From a virus (lineage: Duplodnaviria > Heunggongvirae > Uroviricota > Caudoviricetes), in IMG/VR virus record IMGVR_UViG_2698536395_000029: DNA of 15,001 bases; one strand, written 5' to 3'. The position numbers and the translations under genes are program-made. The notes under the pieces were generated by a model. The model was not told where the DNA came from. It saw only the letters and a program-made list of their open reading frames with translations, and did not search any database. Positions 13,784 to 15,001 of the stretch are shown here, in pieces (position 1 is the stretch's first letter; every line of letters starts with the position of its first letter).

Positions 13784-15001
13784 TTATTTTCTTCTGGCTA
13801 CTGGTAGCGTGGTTACGTTTTCATGTGTTCCCGCCAGTATCCCTAACCGCTCCGTCCACATATCCAGCGCATTGCGTTTAGCATCCAGATAACGGGAATG
13901 ATTATAAACTCGCTGCATTCCTGGCATCTGATGACCTGTAAGCTGCTCCACGACATGCGGATCAACGCCTAAATCGTTCAGCATGGTTGTAAAGGTGCGC
14001 CGGATGTCATGCAGTGACCAGTGAGGATGATTAAGCCTCCTGTGCGCTAATCTTCCATACTGCGATACGCTGGCCTCCTGTTTCGCTTCCCCCAGCAATA
14101 AGCCCGTGTGCCTGTTCTGCTCCACCAGCTGCGTGACGAACGGCAGGATCGCTTCCGGTATGGGCCGGAATATTGCGACCTTCGTTTTGCTGTGCTCCTT
14201 CGGAACGGTCCATAGCATTTCCGTAAAATCCCACTCCCCGATCTCCGATAGCCTCAGTTCTACCGTCCTGGCTCCGAAGACAATCAGGAGGCGGATTAAC
14301 GCGACGTAGTAAGGGGAAAATATTTTTTTGTCCAGTGCCTGCAATAATTCGCCAAGTTCTTTGTTACTTAAGACACGTTCGCTTATATCCGGTTTTTTCC
14401 CAACGTCCGCCACGTTCAGATCGTCCAGAACGTTGCTGATTGCATAGCGCCGCCTACGGCAGAACTTAAGCGCCTGTTTGCACGCCTGTAGCACGAATCC
14501 GGCAGTAACAGGCGTTCGCTTTGCCACCTGGTCAAAACAGGCCAGCCAGTGCCGTAGCTCGCATTTATCCAGCGGCATAGCACCAATCTGCTGTATTACG
14601 TGATTATTAAGTCGCCTTTTCAGGGCGATATAATCCACGCGGTTTTCCTTTACGTAATACTCAAGCCAGTAGGTGAGCGCATCGCCAACCGTTACGGGCT
14701 TTAACGCTTCCTGTACGGTGTAATTCATCTCATGACGTGGATTTTTCCCCTCAGCCAGCCATGTGCGACACTGTGCGGCTTTTTCCCTGGCTGCTTTCAG
14801 GCTCAGATCAGGATAACTTCCCAGCTTAATGCGTTCGGGTCGTGTCTCCCTTCCCGTTCCGGCCCTGTATGTGAAATACCAGGTCAATTTCCCTGATGTT
14901 AAATATTTCACGCTCAGGTTTCCGCCATCACTATAAAACGTGTTTTTCTCCGCTGGCTTACCATGAAGTTTCCTTAGCAAGGTATCGCTCAGTTTGTTCA
15001 T
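13784..15001 (-). CDS. int: Tyrosine integrase (P4/CP4-57-type, N-terminal arm-binding domain plus catalytic domain)
   Basis: 405 aa; ATG at 15001, the window edge. The N-terminus (LSDTLLRKLHGKPAEK...YSDGGNLSVKY...WYFTYR) follows the P4-type arm-binding pattern; the C-terminus has HDIRRT and RVYNHSRY consistent with the H-x-x-R and catalytic Tyr. Confidence 0.9.
   Translation of the reverse strand: MNKLSDTLLRKLHGKPAEKNTFYSDGGNLSVKYLTSGKLTWYFTYRAGTGRETRPERIKLGSYPDLSLKAAREKAAQCRTWLAEGKNPRHEMNYTVQEALKPVTVGDALTYWLEYYVKENRVDYIALKRRLNNHVIQQIGAMPLDKCELRHWLACFDQVAKRTPVTAGFVLQACKQALKFCRRRRYAISNVLDDLNVADVGKKPDISERVLSNKELGELLQALDKKIFSPYYVALIRLLIVFGARTVELRLSEIGEWDFTEMLWTVPKEHSKTKVAIFRPIPEAILPFVTQLVEQNRHTGLLLGEAKQEASVSQYGRLAHRRLNHPHWSLHDIRRTFTTMLNDLGVDPHVVEQLTGHQMPGMQRVYNHSRYLDAKRNALDMWTERLGILAGTHENVTTLPVARRK

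Larger units (their letters stand above)
136..15001. mobile_element. Capsid-forming phage satellite / PICI-like integrative element (left junction ~136; right boundary beyond the window)
   Basis: Contiguous minus-strand block of int, alpA, small ORFs, primase, iteron origin, SSB, HK97-type capsid, protease, portal, adaptor, connector, HNH, TerS and TerL. No tail, lysis or repressor genes. Host gene frame is broken at ~136. Confidence 0.7.

Noticed and set aside
1-15001. Insertion sequences, transposases or a defence operon (restriction-modification, Cas, abortive-infection NTPases)
   Set aside because: No ORF over 150 aa remains unassigned and none shows transposase or nuclease/ATPase defence signatures; any accessory function here must reside in the small ORFs.

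Overview
The window opens with the 5' end of an AI-2E transporter gene (TqsA-like, recognised from memory) whose frame breaks at about nt 136 and stops at 165. From there to the window end lies one integrative element, nearly all on the minus strand. From right to left it carries a P4-type tyrosine integrase (13784..15001), an AlpA-family regulator, a divergent switch region with a small ribbon-helix-helix gene, five translationally coupled small ORFs, a P4-alpha-like primase/helicase, an iteron-rich origin, then a 92-aa ORF, SSB, a PerC-like regulator and a terminator-bracketed 74-aa orphan gene. Below that is a complete HK97-type head and packaging module: major capsid, prohead protease, portal, head-tail adaptor, gp6-like connector, HNH endonuclease, TerS and TerL. 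No tail, lysis or CI-type repressor genes are present. This matches a capsid-forming phage satellite (cf-PICI-like): it builds and fills its own capsids but must borrow tails from a helper phage. The most notable non-coding signal is arrays of GAACAA-type hexamers at exact 10-bp phasing at three regulatory loci, alongside a palindrome-dense left arm. All calls rest on reading the sequence and recalled family features; no searches were run.
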